Assembly: GCA_029564175.1 (NCBI GenBank)
Contig: JAKQQL010000402.1
Location: 1-15,941 of the forward strand
DNA length: 15,941 bases
Origin: Candidatus Cloacimonadota bacterium
Lineage (GTDB): Bacteria > Cloacimonadota > Cloacimonadia > Cloacimonadales > WRIO01
Reading direction: 5' to 3'
Positions 7,882-15,941 of the stretch are shown in pieces. A program made the translations under genes and the position numbers. Position 1 is the first letter of the stretch, and each line of letters opens with the position of its first letter. The notes under the pieces were generated by a model, which ran no database searches, was not told the origin of the DNA, and saw only the letters and a list, made by a program, of their open reading frames with translations.

Positions 7882-10107
7882 ATGCGTCTCAAGAGAAAAA
7901 TGCTATTAGTAATTGGATTACTATGTTTTTTTAGTATTCTAATCCCAACTCTCAATGCTTCAATTATGGTTATCACCAGCAGGGATGGATCAGCCTTGAC
8001 TGCGGATAAGGTCAACAATGCACTTGATGAACTTATGAGTGAAGCAACTAATTTTGGCAACGATGATGGATGGGGTATCGTTGCATTCAGACTTAATGGA
8101 CAACCAATACCCGGTACTAATTATTTATTTAACCCTACTACTTCAGTTTATACTGAAACTCCCAATAATTACCGTTTTGCCGGATCGAGACAAATCTATG
8201 CAGATCCAAAATTTCAGATTGCTATTAATACGATCTTAAACAACAGTCCAAGAATAATCATGATTCATGCAAGAAATGCGACAGAAGCTCCTTACAATGT
8301 TGTTGACCCTCAGCCTATGGTTGTCCAAAAAAACAACAGATATTATGCGTTTATTCACAGAGGGACTATTAATAATACGGCTGATATGAATACTTATACT
8401 AACAGTATTGATCCTGCTTTAATTTCTTTAATTGAAACTACGAATAATGTATCCGGTTCTAATTACAAATCTGCTCATTATTATGCTTATTTAATGGCTC
8501 AGTTAAATAGTAAAAACTATGAGCCTTTACATGCTTTTAAAAATATGATGAGACACAATGCTTTTAAATTAAATTACGCAAATAAAACATTCGTTTTATG
8601 TGATGGCTTTCAAAACTATGCATATACTCAGGATGGAAATCAAAATGATTTAGCAAGCAATATCTTTTCTGAAAATAATACTAATCCCTATTTTATTTCG
8701 ACTATAACTCCCTATATAAATCTTGGTACAGTTCAAACACCAAATTTAGAAGTTATGGAAAGATTTGATGCATATGGCACTCAATATTTCCCTGTAAATG
8801 GCAGACCTACTGAGCAAAGATTTTATCATTATTCAGAAACAGAAGCACCATTTGGTATCGCTTCCATGAACAGGCAAATGAGTAGCGCAGTCAGTTGGAG
8901 ATGGGAGTCCTTCCCAATTTTAGATCCAAGTTTATCTCCTACAGCAGTGTTATCTCGTTTTGGGAATTCTACAAAATCATTTTACCAGGGAACTAATCCA
9001 AATCGTCCTACATCAAATTATTTGTTAAAAACTGCAAATGGAAATTGGACACAAAATGGTTCATATACTACAAATCATCATAATGGTCATAAAATCTATG
9101 TCCCATCAGGAACAGACAATGACAATCTCGTAACAGGAAATGTTATATCTGAAAATATAACGGTTAATTTAACTTCCGGTTCTACCACCTGGTTAGGTTA
9201 TTGGCTGATGGATAATCAAAGTTTAGCTCAGGCTTTAGGTTCAAATTTATCCAAAGTGGCGAATGTTTGGGCTGAAAGATGGCACTATCAGGACCAGTCC
9301 GGCTCAACAAAACTGGACCCGGTTATTATACCAACAATGAATGCAAACTCTCTTATAATGGAATTTGGTAAATCATATATAATTGAATTAAAGTCTGGCG
9401 AATCAATTGCAAACTTTACCTGGGCAAACAACCGTACAGCAGGCACAAAAAACGATGTTGCGCTTTATCCAAACACAACATATCCTGAATATTTTTCTTA
9501 TGTTGATCAACCTGAGTATGAGACCATTATGATCGGCAATTTAGATGAATTTCCGGGAATTGAAGAGATTGCTGTTTATGCAGGTCTTGATTGCGTCGGA
9601 GCAACTAAAATCTCAACATACCCTGTACAACTTTTAGCTTATACAAAATCCTATGAAGGCATACCTTTAACCTTTAGAGCAATTACCAATAATAAATCTG
9701 AAGGTGAGATTATGCTCACTGGCAAACTTATCGGAGATACAAAAAATTCTTCTCTAAAGGCAGGAGAATTCGCTTATGCTGGTGTTAATGTTTATATTGA
9801 AGACAATATTGAAACTACCCCCGTCAGTCCTTCCATTGACAATGTTTCTGTTTATCCAAATCCTTGTAACCCAAGTACAACTATCAAGTTTTCTTTAAGT
9901 GAAAGTGAAAATGTTTGTATTGATATTTTCAATGTGAAAGGTCAAAAAGTTAAAACTTTACTCAACCAAAAATTAGCAATGGGAACACATGGTATTGTCT
10001 GGAATGGAAGCAACGAAAACAATCAAACGGTTGGTAACGGGGTTTATTATTACAGAATCAGCACTCATAATGCCCGTAAAACAGGTAAAATCCTGATATT
10101 AAAATAA
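7882..10107 (+). CDS. Secreted protein: class II glutamine amidotransferase-like (Ntn) N-terminal domain plus C-terminal FlgD-Ig/T9SS-like domain
   Basis: Signal peptide ending ...PTLNA; motifs DDGWGIVAF, MIHARNAT, YAFIHRGTI, FVLCDG resemble the YafJ/EgtC-type GATase-II fold; C-terminus VYPNPCNPSTTIKF...FNVKGQKVKTL...WNG...GVYYYRI...KILILK. Confidence 0.8.
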   Translation: MRLKRKMLLVIGLLCFFSILIPTLNASIMVITSRDGSALTADKVNNALDELMSEATNFGNDDGWGIVAFRLNGQPIPGTNYLFNPTTSVYTETPNNYRFAGSRQIYADPKFQIAINTILNNSPRIIMIHARNATEAPYNVVDPQPMVVQKNNRYYAFIHRGTINNTADMNTYTNSIDPALISLIETTNNVSGSNYKSAHYYAYLMAQLNSKNYEPLHAFKNMMRHNAFKLNYANKTFVLCDGFQNYAYTQDGNQNDLASNIFSENNTNPYFISTITPYINLGTVQTPNLEVMERFDAYGTQYFPVNGRPTEQRFYHYSETEAPFGIASMNRQMSSAVSWRWESFPILDPSLSPTAVLSRFGNSTKSFYQGTNPNRPTSNYLLKTANGNWTQNGSYTTNHHNGHKIYVPSGTDNDNLVTGNVISENITVNLTSGSTTWLGYWLMDNQSLAQALGSNLSKVANVWAERWHYQDQSGSTKLDPVIIPTMNANSLIMEFGKSYIIELKSGESIANFTWANNRTAGTKNDVALYPNTTYPEYFSYVDQPEYETIMIGNLDEFPGIEEIAVYAGLDCVGATKISTYPVQLLAYTKSYEGIPLTFRAITNNKSEGEIMLTGKLIGDTKNSSLKAGEFAYAGVNVYIEDNIETTPVSPSIDNVSVYPNPCNPSTTIKFSLSESENVCIDIFNVKGQKVKTLLNQKLAMGTHGIVWNGSNENNQTVGNGVYYYRISTHNARKTGKILILK

Positions 10108-10117
10108 TCTGTATATC

Positions 10118-10149
10118 GCAGAGACGCTATCAGGCGTCTCTGCTTTTTT
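10118..10149 (+). terminator. Intergenic intrinsic terminator, REP-like
   Basis: 10-bp stem GCAGAGACGC-TATCAG-GCGTCTCTGC followed by T6. Confidence 0.8.
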
Positions 10150-10162
10150 CATAGGAGTCATC

Positions 10163-12460
10163 ATGAAAAAAATCATTCTGATTATCATTCTCTTTGTCGC
10201 AATTCAGTTAAATGCTCATATTTTAAGAGTTGGAACTAATCAAACCTACTCAAGTATTCAAACTGCAATCAATCAGGCAAACGATCTTGATACGGTTTTA
10301 GTCTATCCAGGCACTTACATTGAACGACTAAAGATTAATCAAAAATCGCTTACTCTCGCCAGTCTTTATTTAACGACAGGTGATAGTCTGTATGCTTCTC
10401 AAACCATTATTGATGCGGATTATGTCGGCAATTGTCTTTTTGTGATAAATTCACCCTATATCAAAATAGCCGGATTCACTTTTCAACATGGAACTGGCGA
10501 ATTTAACCCTGATAATGATGTCTTTGAATATGGAAGTGTTTCTATTCGTTTTTGTGATCAATTCGTAGTCGAAAATAATATTATTCAGTATAATTCTTCA
10601 AGTTCTGCTGGAGGATTATATATTTTTCAATCATCAGGAATACTTTCAGCCAATGTCATAAGATACAATATCTCGACAGACAGAGAATTTGCAGGGGGAT
10701 TAACAATTGCAAAAAATTCCTCAATGTATCCAGGTAATCCTACTGTAGTTATTGACCCAATCAGAAGAAATGATGTCTATTTCAATACAGGACAAGTAGC
10801 AACTGATATTATGTTTTTTGATTATGAATCCTATCATGTTCCACTCAATCGTTTCACAGTTGCTCAACCAAATGATTATTTTATCAGGTTAAAATTAAAC
10901 AGTTTTCTTATTGAGTCTCAAAGCTTCGATATGACCTATGATATAAGGGAAGCAATGATAGAAGAAGTTAATGCGGATGTATATGTCAGCACCAACGGGG
11001 ATGATAACAATAGCGGATTAAGCCCCGACCAGGCTCTTAAAACACTCTTTCAGGCAGTTTTGAGAGTAAAAGGGGATTCTCTTCATCAAAGAACTATTTT
11101 CGTAGAACCCGGTGTTTATTCTTATGAAGAAGGGGTATCTCTTCTCCCGTTAAAACTAAAATCTTATGTGAATATTGTTGGTATGAATGGTTCTTTTACA
11201 ATCGATGCTGCAAACAAATATGCCATTATCAGAACCTTAACATGTACAAATAATAAAATTGAAAACATGAATGTCATTAATGCCAGTGAAAAATACTATT
11301 TCTCAAAATTTCTCATTCGCTCTGATAATTTCGAAGCAAACAATATCAACATCGACGGAACGAATGACCTTCGTTCGGTATCACATTTTGAAGTTCAACA
11401 TTATTCCGGATTAAATTTAAAAAATCTGACATTAAAAGGTAGAGGATCACATTATCCCATAATTTGTCAAAATCGAAATCCTGTCGTCATGTCAAATATT
11501 TCAATAGATAATTTTGGTGCTGGAATAAATATAATGTCTTCAGAATTTTTTAACTCAGATGAACAGCTAGCAATACCCATTTATCTAAGCAATATTTTGA
11601 TGAAAAATGTGAAAAATCAGGATGTGTCTGCTGTAGATGGAAACAGATTAATTACCCTGCTTAACTTATTTGGTGATACTACACAAATTCCCCAGAAATT
11701 TATCCTGTCAAATATCAGTTTGATCAATAATAATACTTCGAACTCTGCCGGGTCAATGATTATTCAGGGTAAAGCAGATATTGAAATGTATAACAGTATC
11801 ATCTATAATCATTATGCCAATAGTATTCGTCATAATTTACAATTTTCTGATCAAACAGCTCTTTATAAAAACTGTTTTTTCCCTTTAGGAGATAATACGC
11901 TTGAGATTATTTCTCCTTATGACTACGTGCTCACTTCAACTATGGAAAATATTATATCTGGTGATCCTATGTTATTTTCATGGGGTGGGTATGATTGCAT
12001 TCCTTCAGAAAATTCTCCATTAGTTGATGCAGGGACTCTCGATTTACCTGAAGGATTAATTTTACCTGATACTGACCTCGCAGGAAATCCAAGAATTACA
12101 GGCAATAGTATCGATATTGGTGCTTTTGAATTTCAACCATTTATGAACACCGATGAGTCTGTTGAAATTATAAAACCAATTAATATAAGCTTTTATCCTA
12201 ATCCTTTGATTGGTGCAAGTTCACATAGAGGCAATTTTAATATAAAGCTCAATGAGAAGGGCGTTTCTGAATTAAGTATCTTCAATATTAAAGGGCAAAA
12301 AGTCAGAACACTTATGCAGGGCTATCGGGAAAAAGGTGAAAGTACTATCTATTGGGATGCAAAAGATGAACAGGGAAATTCCCTCCCATCAGGCGTATAT
12401 ATTTATAAACTCTCTTGTAACGGCAATGAAATAAGTGATAAATTTACAGTAATAAAATAA
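10163..12460 (+). CDS. Secreted beta-helix (pectin-lyase-like / DUF1565-type) protein with choice-of-anchor-Q-like segment and FlgD-Ig/T9SS-like C-terminal domain
   Basis: Signal peptide; YSSIQTAINQA...DTVLVYPGTY and VYVSTNGDDNNSG...ALKTL...PGVY beta-helix caps; SPLVDAG...DLAGNPRITGNSIDIGAFE; FYPNP...FNIKGQKVRTL...WDAKDEQG...SGVYIYKL. Confidence 0.85.
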   Translation: MKKIILIIILFVAIQLNAHILRVGTNQTYSSIQTAINQANDLDTVLVYPGTYIERLKINQKSLTLASLYLTTGDSLYASQTIIDADYVGNCLFVINSPYIKIAGFTFQHGTGEFNPDNDVFEYGSVSIRFCDQFVVENNIIQYNSSSSAGGLYIFQSSGILSANVIRYNISTDREFAGGLTIAKNSSMYPGNPTVVIDPIRRNDVYFNTGQVATDIMFFDYESYHVPLNRFTVAQPNDYFIRLKLNSFLIESQSFDMTYDIREAMIEEVNADVYVSTNGDDNNSGLSPDQALKTLFQAVLRVKGDSLHQRTIFVEPGVYSYEEGVSLLPLKLKSYVNIVGMNGSFTIDAANKYAIIRTLTCTNNKIENMNVINASEKYYFSKFLIRSDNFEANNINIDGTNDLRSVSHFEVQHYSGLNLKNLTLKGRGSHYPIICQNRNPVVMSNISIDNFGAGINIMSSEFFNSDEQLAIPIYLSNILMKNVKNQDVSAVDGNRLITLLNLFGDTTQIPQKFILSNISLINNNTSNSAGSMIIQGKADIEMYNSIIYNHYANSIRHNLQFSDQTALYKNCFFPLGDNTLEIISPYDYVLTSTMENIISGDPMLFSWGGYDCIPSENSPLVDAGTLDLPEGLILPDTDLAGNPRITGNSIDIGAFEFQPFMNTDESVEIIKPINISFYPNPLIGASSHRGNFNIKLNEKGVSELSIFNIKGQKVRTLMQGYREKGESTIYWDAKDEQGNSLPSGVYIYKLSCNGNEISDKFTVIK

Positions 12461-12494
12461 AAGAAACTAAGCTATCTGTCAGATTTATTAATTT

Positions 12495-12713
12495 GTAACT
12501 ACTCAGGTTCGCTTTACTCAAAGCATCCTGCTTGTAGAAAAATTAGAATCTGCCGTTTACTATCATCTCCGGCATAACTCATATCAACGAAAGGCTTGTT
12601 ATCCTGAGCGATTGCGCTAACGCTCCGAATGACAGGTTTTTCGAACTGGTATGTTTGCCGGAGATTGTTGTTTAAAGTAAGCATACTATAGATCGAACCT
12701 CTTTAGTAGTTAC
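12495..12713. repeat. 219-bp imperfect fold-back (MITE/REPIN-like) element with GTAAC...GTTAC ends
   Basis: Nested complementary arms: GTAACTACT/AGTAGTTAC, AGGTTCG/CGAACCT, ATCTCCGGCA/TGCCGGAGAT, CGAAAGGCTTGTTAT/ATGACAGGTTTTTCG (G-T pairs), GAGCG/CGCTC at the apex. Confidence 0.8.
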
Positions 12714-13181
12714 CATACATCTCAATGTCTAAATATTTTTAATAGTCTCAATTCTTCTATGATACAATATCGTTAAGCATTTATTTAACTAATTGCCAAT
12801 AAAAAAGTTGGCAGAAATAATTGAGAAATCTATTAGCCTGGAAAACAAAAATTCTTCTGAACATGGAATATTTGAACAAAGAGACATAGAGAACAAAGAA
12901 TCAGAACAAGAGCGAAGTCATTTTTAATCTGTTTCTACTCCCTTTCTAACCTATTCCATTCCTATTCTGTTCCTATTCGCCAGACTTGGTTGGTCAGGGG
13001 TCAGTGGGACGTATGGGGGAAGTTGGTAAGAAAGAAAAAAAGGCTTTTCTACAGGATAGATAAGAGAATGATAAGAAAAAGATACTGTTTTCAAAGAAAA
13101 TATGAGTTGAAATATGATATGGATAAACCCGGATCAAAATGCATAAAAATGTGTAAAAAAATGAGTAGGGATATGCGAAAT

Positions 13182-13206
13182 GTAGAGACGCGATTTATCG
13201 CGTCTC
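13182..13206 (+). repeat. GTAG-type REP palindrome
   Basis: GTAGAGACGCGAT-TT-ATCGCGTCTC: a GTAG tetranucleotide leading into a perfect 10-bp palindrome, the standard REP architecture. Confidence 0.75.
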
Positions 13207-13231
13207 AGAGAGTGCCATACATCCTAAGGGA

Positions 13232-13388
13232 TTAACCACGGATAATCTGTTTTGCAGAATGTATAATGAACAATGTAAAATGAATAATGAAAACAGAAAA
13301 CTCCGGAGGAGTTTTATATCAGTAAGCCAGGGTTTTAACCCTGGTAAAATATAATCCCCACAACCTCCGCTCCAGCGGAGCGGAACAA
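13232..13388 (+). repeat. Dispersed modular repeat, copy 2 (no MITE)
   Basis: Colinear with 2883-3177. Heptamers AATGTAT AATGAAC AATGTAA AATGAAT AATGAAA (13258-13292); hairpins AAAACTCCGGAGGAGTTTT, CCAGGGTTTTAACCCTGG, CCGCTCCAGCGGAGCGG. Confidence 0.9.
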
Positions 13389-13963
13389 GAATATCAACCA
13401 CTGAAATACGGAAAGACACGGAAAAGAGTTCCATAGGAACGAAAAAATCCTGACTCGGGATGTTATTAAGATTAGGAAATTTTAGTGTAGAACGATCATC
13501 TTGGTCGTTTAATGGAGATGGTTTTCTTGAGCTTTACCGTATCGTCAACGACCTGGAAGGTTTTTCTGCAGCAAGATTTCGATGAGATTGCAAAATCTGT
13601 AAATATTCGGACAGTAAATCTGAAAATCTGATGACAATATTAAAGTAAAAACAAATTTTAAAAAAGAAAAAAGACAGAGTAAACAGACATCCAAAAAAGG
13701 GAATTATATGATCATCGAACAATGTATAACGAGAATCCTCTTATAGGTGGTTCTCTCTTTCTATACCTTGGCTTAGGTTCCCTGAAGTCAGCTCTATTTT
13801 TCTGATACTGTACCTGTGTCTGAGCCTGATATTCAGATAAGCAGAAAGCGCCCATAAAAAAGCATATAAAGACATAATAATTGTTTTAGAAATATTAATT
13901 TGGTTTTTGAAAAAATAGGATTACAATTCAGCTATAAAGAGTGTTTTTATAAGGAGGATTATC

Positions 13964-14695
13964 ATGAAAAACACCATGTTATGTATCGCATTATTGATTA
14001 CAATAATGTATGGGTTGTATTCAGAAGTCGTAAAAGTAGGTTTAGAGGCTTTCCCTCCAATGATAAGGGACAAGCAGACTGGCTACATGATTGAAATTTT
14101 AAAAAAAATCGAAAGCAATACCAATAACAAATTTCAAATTGATACAATGCCATATAATAGAGCAAAGAATGAATTAAAAAGCGGAGCGTTAGATCTTATT
14201 AGTTTAACACCATACGGACTGGAGACGAAAGAATTTTATGTTTATGCTCAGGAGATTGATTTAGAAATTGGAGTTAAGACTGACTTATATGTAAAAGATC
14301 CAAACAAATTAAAAGATATAACGAAACTTAAAATTGGTATTCCACGCGGTAACGAAGATTTTGCAAGCGAATTGTTAGGCATTAGCAAAGACCATTTTTA
14401 TCTCGGGGAGATTGATAACTTACTTAGGATGTTGGATGCCGGCCGGCTTGATGCGTTTTGGTTTGAAAGATCGGCAACCATGAGGTCATTAAGAGGCTTA
14501 ATCATTTCAGGGTTTCATTACAAGCAATATCCTCAAGATACTATAAATATAGGTTTTGCAGTCCAAAAAAATGAAAAAGGGAATAAACTCAAAAAAATGA
14601 TTGAAGAACAGTTAAAAATAGTAGATAAAACTAAAATTTTAGGAGACTACAATCGTTATTTTGATTTACCTTCAGAAGGAATTGTAAAACATTAA
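13964..14695 (+). CDS. Periplasmic solute-binding protein, family 3 (polar amino-acid type)
   Basis: Signal peptide; FPPM...GYMIEILKKI, MPYNRAKNELKSGALD, KIGIPRG, LLRMLDAGRLDAF; RBS AAGGAGG (13951-13957). Confidence 0.87.
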   Translation: MKNTMLCIALLITIMYGLYSEVVKVGLEAFPPMIRDKQTGYMIEILKKIESNTNNKFQIDTMPYNRAKNELKSGALDLISLTPYGLETKEFYVYAQEIDLEIGVKTDLYVKDPNKLKDITKLKIGIPRGNEDFASELLGISKDHFYLGEIDNLLRMLDAGRLDAFWFERSATMRSLRGLIISGFHYKQYPQDTINIGFAVQKNEKGNKLKKMIEEQLKIVDKTKILGDYNRYFDLPSEGIVKH

Positions 14696-14701
14696 AACTT
14701 C

Positions 14702-14734
14702 AAAGGCACAGGCTATTGGCCTGTGTCTTTTTTT
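14702..14734 (+). terminator. Rho-independent terminator
   Basis: AAAGGCACAGGC-TATTG-GCCTGTGTCTTT plus T-tract immediately after the SBP stop codon. Confidence 0.85.
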
Positions 14735-14810
14735 GATTGATTTTTGACCTTGTAATTATTTTGTAATTAAATAATCTGATTTTACTTTTTGAAAGTAAAG
14801 GATAAATAAA

Positions 14811-15908
14811 ATGAATTTAATTTCTCATATAAACAAACTCAAATCCTGTTTTAGTGAAAAAGACATGATATACGCTTTATTCATTTTTTTATCTGTTTTC
14901 TTCAGACTGTTTACTCTCTTTTCTTCAGATTTAATACCAGGTATAAATGGAGGTTATTACGCCTTACAGGTCAGATCTGTTTATGAGAATTTTCACATGT
15001 CGGGCAGTGATCTTCCATTTTATTTTTACTTCAATGCCATTTTATTAAAACTAATTTCTGCCTTGGGTATTATCATAACAGATGATTTTATCATCAAATT
15101 TCTTAAGGTGATTGATAGTATATGTATGCCTCTGATGTTAATTCTATTTGCTTGTTTTCAAAAAAATAACAAAGCAAATTTTACACTTGGAGCCGAATTA
15201 ATTATCTTATCTTATTTGTCTTTTTCATTATCACCTTTGATGTTAATTGGCGATCTTCAAAAGAATGCCTTTGGTATTCCATTTATGTTTCTCTATTTTG
15301 GTATGCTATACCAGTATCTTCAAACTAAGAAAACAAAATACATGCTCTTGATGGTTTTAACTTTAATGCTAATCAGCCTTATTCATTTTGGAGTATTTAT
15401 TGTTTCATTACTTTTTTTGTTGTTCAATGTTTTTCAAATTCAAAGTAAAAAGAAATATTTTTTATCAGGCATATTATTGGTTGCCGGTATTTTGATTGTA
15501 ATGATGTTTGATTATTCAAGGGCATTACGCTTTTTGATGTTTTGGAATGTAATTTTTGAAAAACCCTTGTTGTTACAGGGACCTGTTCCAATCTATGATT
15601 TAGTTAATATCCTATTCTCCTGTTTTTTAGCTTTTTTTGTTCTTCGAAGCATAAAAAGAAAAGAGTGTCATTTAGCTGATTCTGCAAAGCAATACCTAAA
15701 AGCGTTTGCAATGATGCTTTTGATTCTTTCTTTTCCTCTTTTGGATATTGAATATTTCAGACGATTTAGCTTGTTTCTTTTTATTTTTCAGGCATTTTCT
15801 CAGTTAAGTCCCAAATGTTGGTGTAAAGTTCCAACCCTTTGTTTTCAAAGTAATACAAGATTTTTTTTCTTATATTTCACTTCTATATTGACTTTGATTA
15901 CAATTTAA
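14811..15908 (+). CDS. Polytopic membrane protein, possibly GT-C-fold glycosyltransferase-like; C-terminus possibly replaced after ~15790
   Basis: Many hydrophobic segments; first-loop motif PGINGGYY after TM1 and an 'SLIH' motif resemble GT-C proteins (weak). Sequence character changes after ...FLFIFQ. Confidence 0.6.
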   Translation: MNLISHINKLKSCFSEKDMIYALFIFLSVFFRLFTLFSSDLIPGINGGYYALQVRSVYENFHMSGSDLPFYFYFNAILLKLISALGIIITDDFIIKFLKVIDSICMPLMLILFACFQKNNKANFTLGAELIILSYLSFSLSPLMLIGDLQKNAFGIPFMFLYFGMLYQYLQTKKTKYMLLMVLTLMLISLIHFGVFIVSLLFLLFNVFQIQSKKKYFLSGILLVAGILIVMMFDYSRALRFLMFWNVIFEKPLLLQGPVPIYDLVNILFSCFLAFFVLRSIKRKECHLADSAKQYLKAFAMMLLILSFPLLDIEYFRRFSLFLFIFQAFSQLSPKCWCKVPTLCFQSNTRFFFLYFTSILTLITI

Positions 15909-15941
15909 ATTTTCTTTAGTCTATTTGTCAAGATCTTTTTG
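15791..15941. mobile_element. Possible end of an IS (IS4-like terminus)
   Basis: GGCATTTTCTCAGTTAAG shares its last 9 nt with the IS4 inverted repeat as I recall it (TAATGCCGATCAGTTAAG). No partner end or transposase is in the window. Confidence 0.35.

Noticed and set aside
7683..12105. ORFs 7683-8060 (-), 8039-8239 (+) and 11923-12105 (-)
   Set aside because: They overlap long, motif-bearing genes or the repeat element.
7681..12609. 115-bp repeat pair as a DGR template/variable repeat or duplicated small gene
   Set aside because: Mismatches are not adenine-specific, neither copy is in a supported CDS, no reverse transcriptase is present, and differences in the shared open frame are mostly non-synonymous.
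12860..12980. GAACAA-rich and CCTATTC-rich short repeats
   Set aside because: Irregular low-complexity sequence with no consistent period; no function can be supported.
2883..13460. Hairpin repeats as a CRISPR array or classical integron
   Set aside because: No regularly spaced identical repeats with unique spacers, no cas or intI gene, and no attC consensus ends.
13460..13648. 41-codon ORF whose TGA is followed in frame by DCKIC..., a possible selenoprotein
   Set aside because: No RBS, no clear SECIS-like hairpin and no recognisable family.
12990..14094. ORFs 12990-13235, 13195-13434, 13534-13722, 13900-14094
   Set aside because: They run through repeats, low-complexity DNA or the SBP gene; weak starts and no recognisable domains.

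Overview
AT-rich bacterial window. Two secreted proteins end in FlgD-Ig/T9SS-like 'YPNP...GQKV' domains, suggesting Cloacimonadota or a similar FCB-type host (inference). In order: a complete IS1182-family element (4-1639) inserted into the 5' end of a RimK-like ATP-grasp gene; a repeat-rich spacer in which a 133-bp MITE with the same IS1182 ends sits inside a three-hairpin repeat; a minus-strand amidohydrolase + large GNAT operon (frameshifted at a T6 run) preceded by a promoter, a 10-aa leader peptide and terminator/antiterminator folds; a 4.7-kb two-gene secreted-protein unit (Ntn/GATase-II-like and beta-helix) with an (AT)8 tract in its promoter, bracketed by 115-bp inverted repeats, one being part of a 219-bp fold-back element; a second repeat cluster; an orphan family-3 solute-binding protein; and a polytopic membrane gene possibly truncated by another IS at the window end. 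All calls come from reading the sequence by eye; no searches were run.
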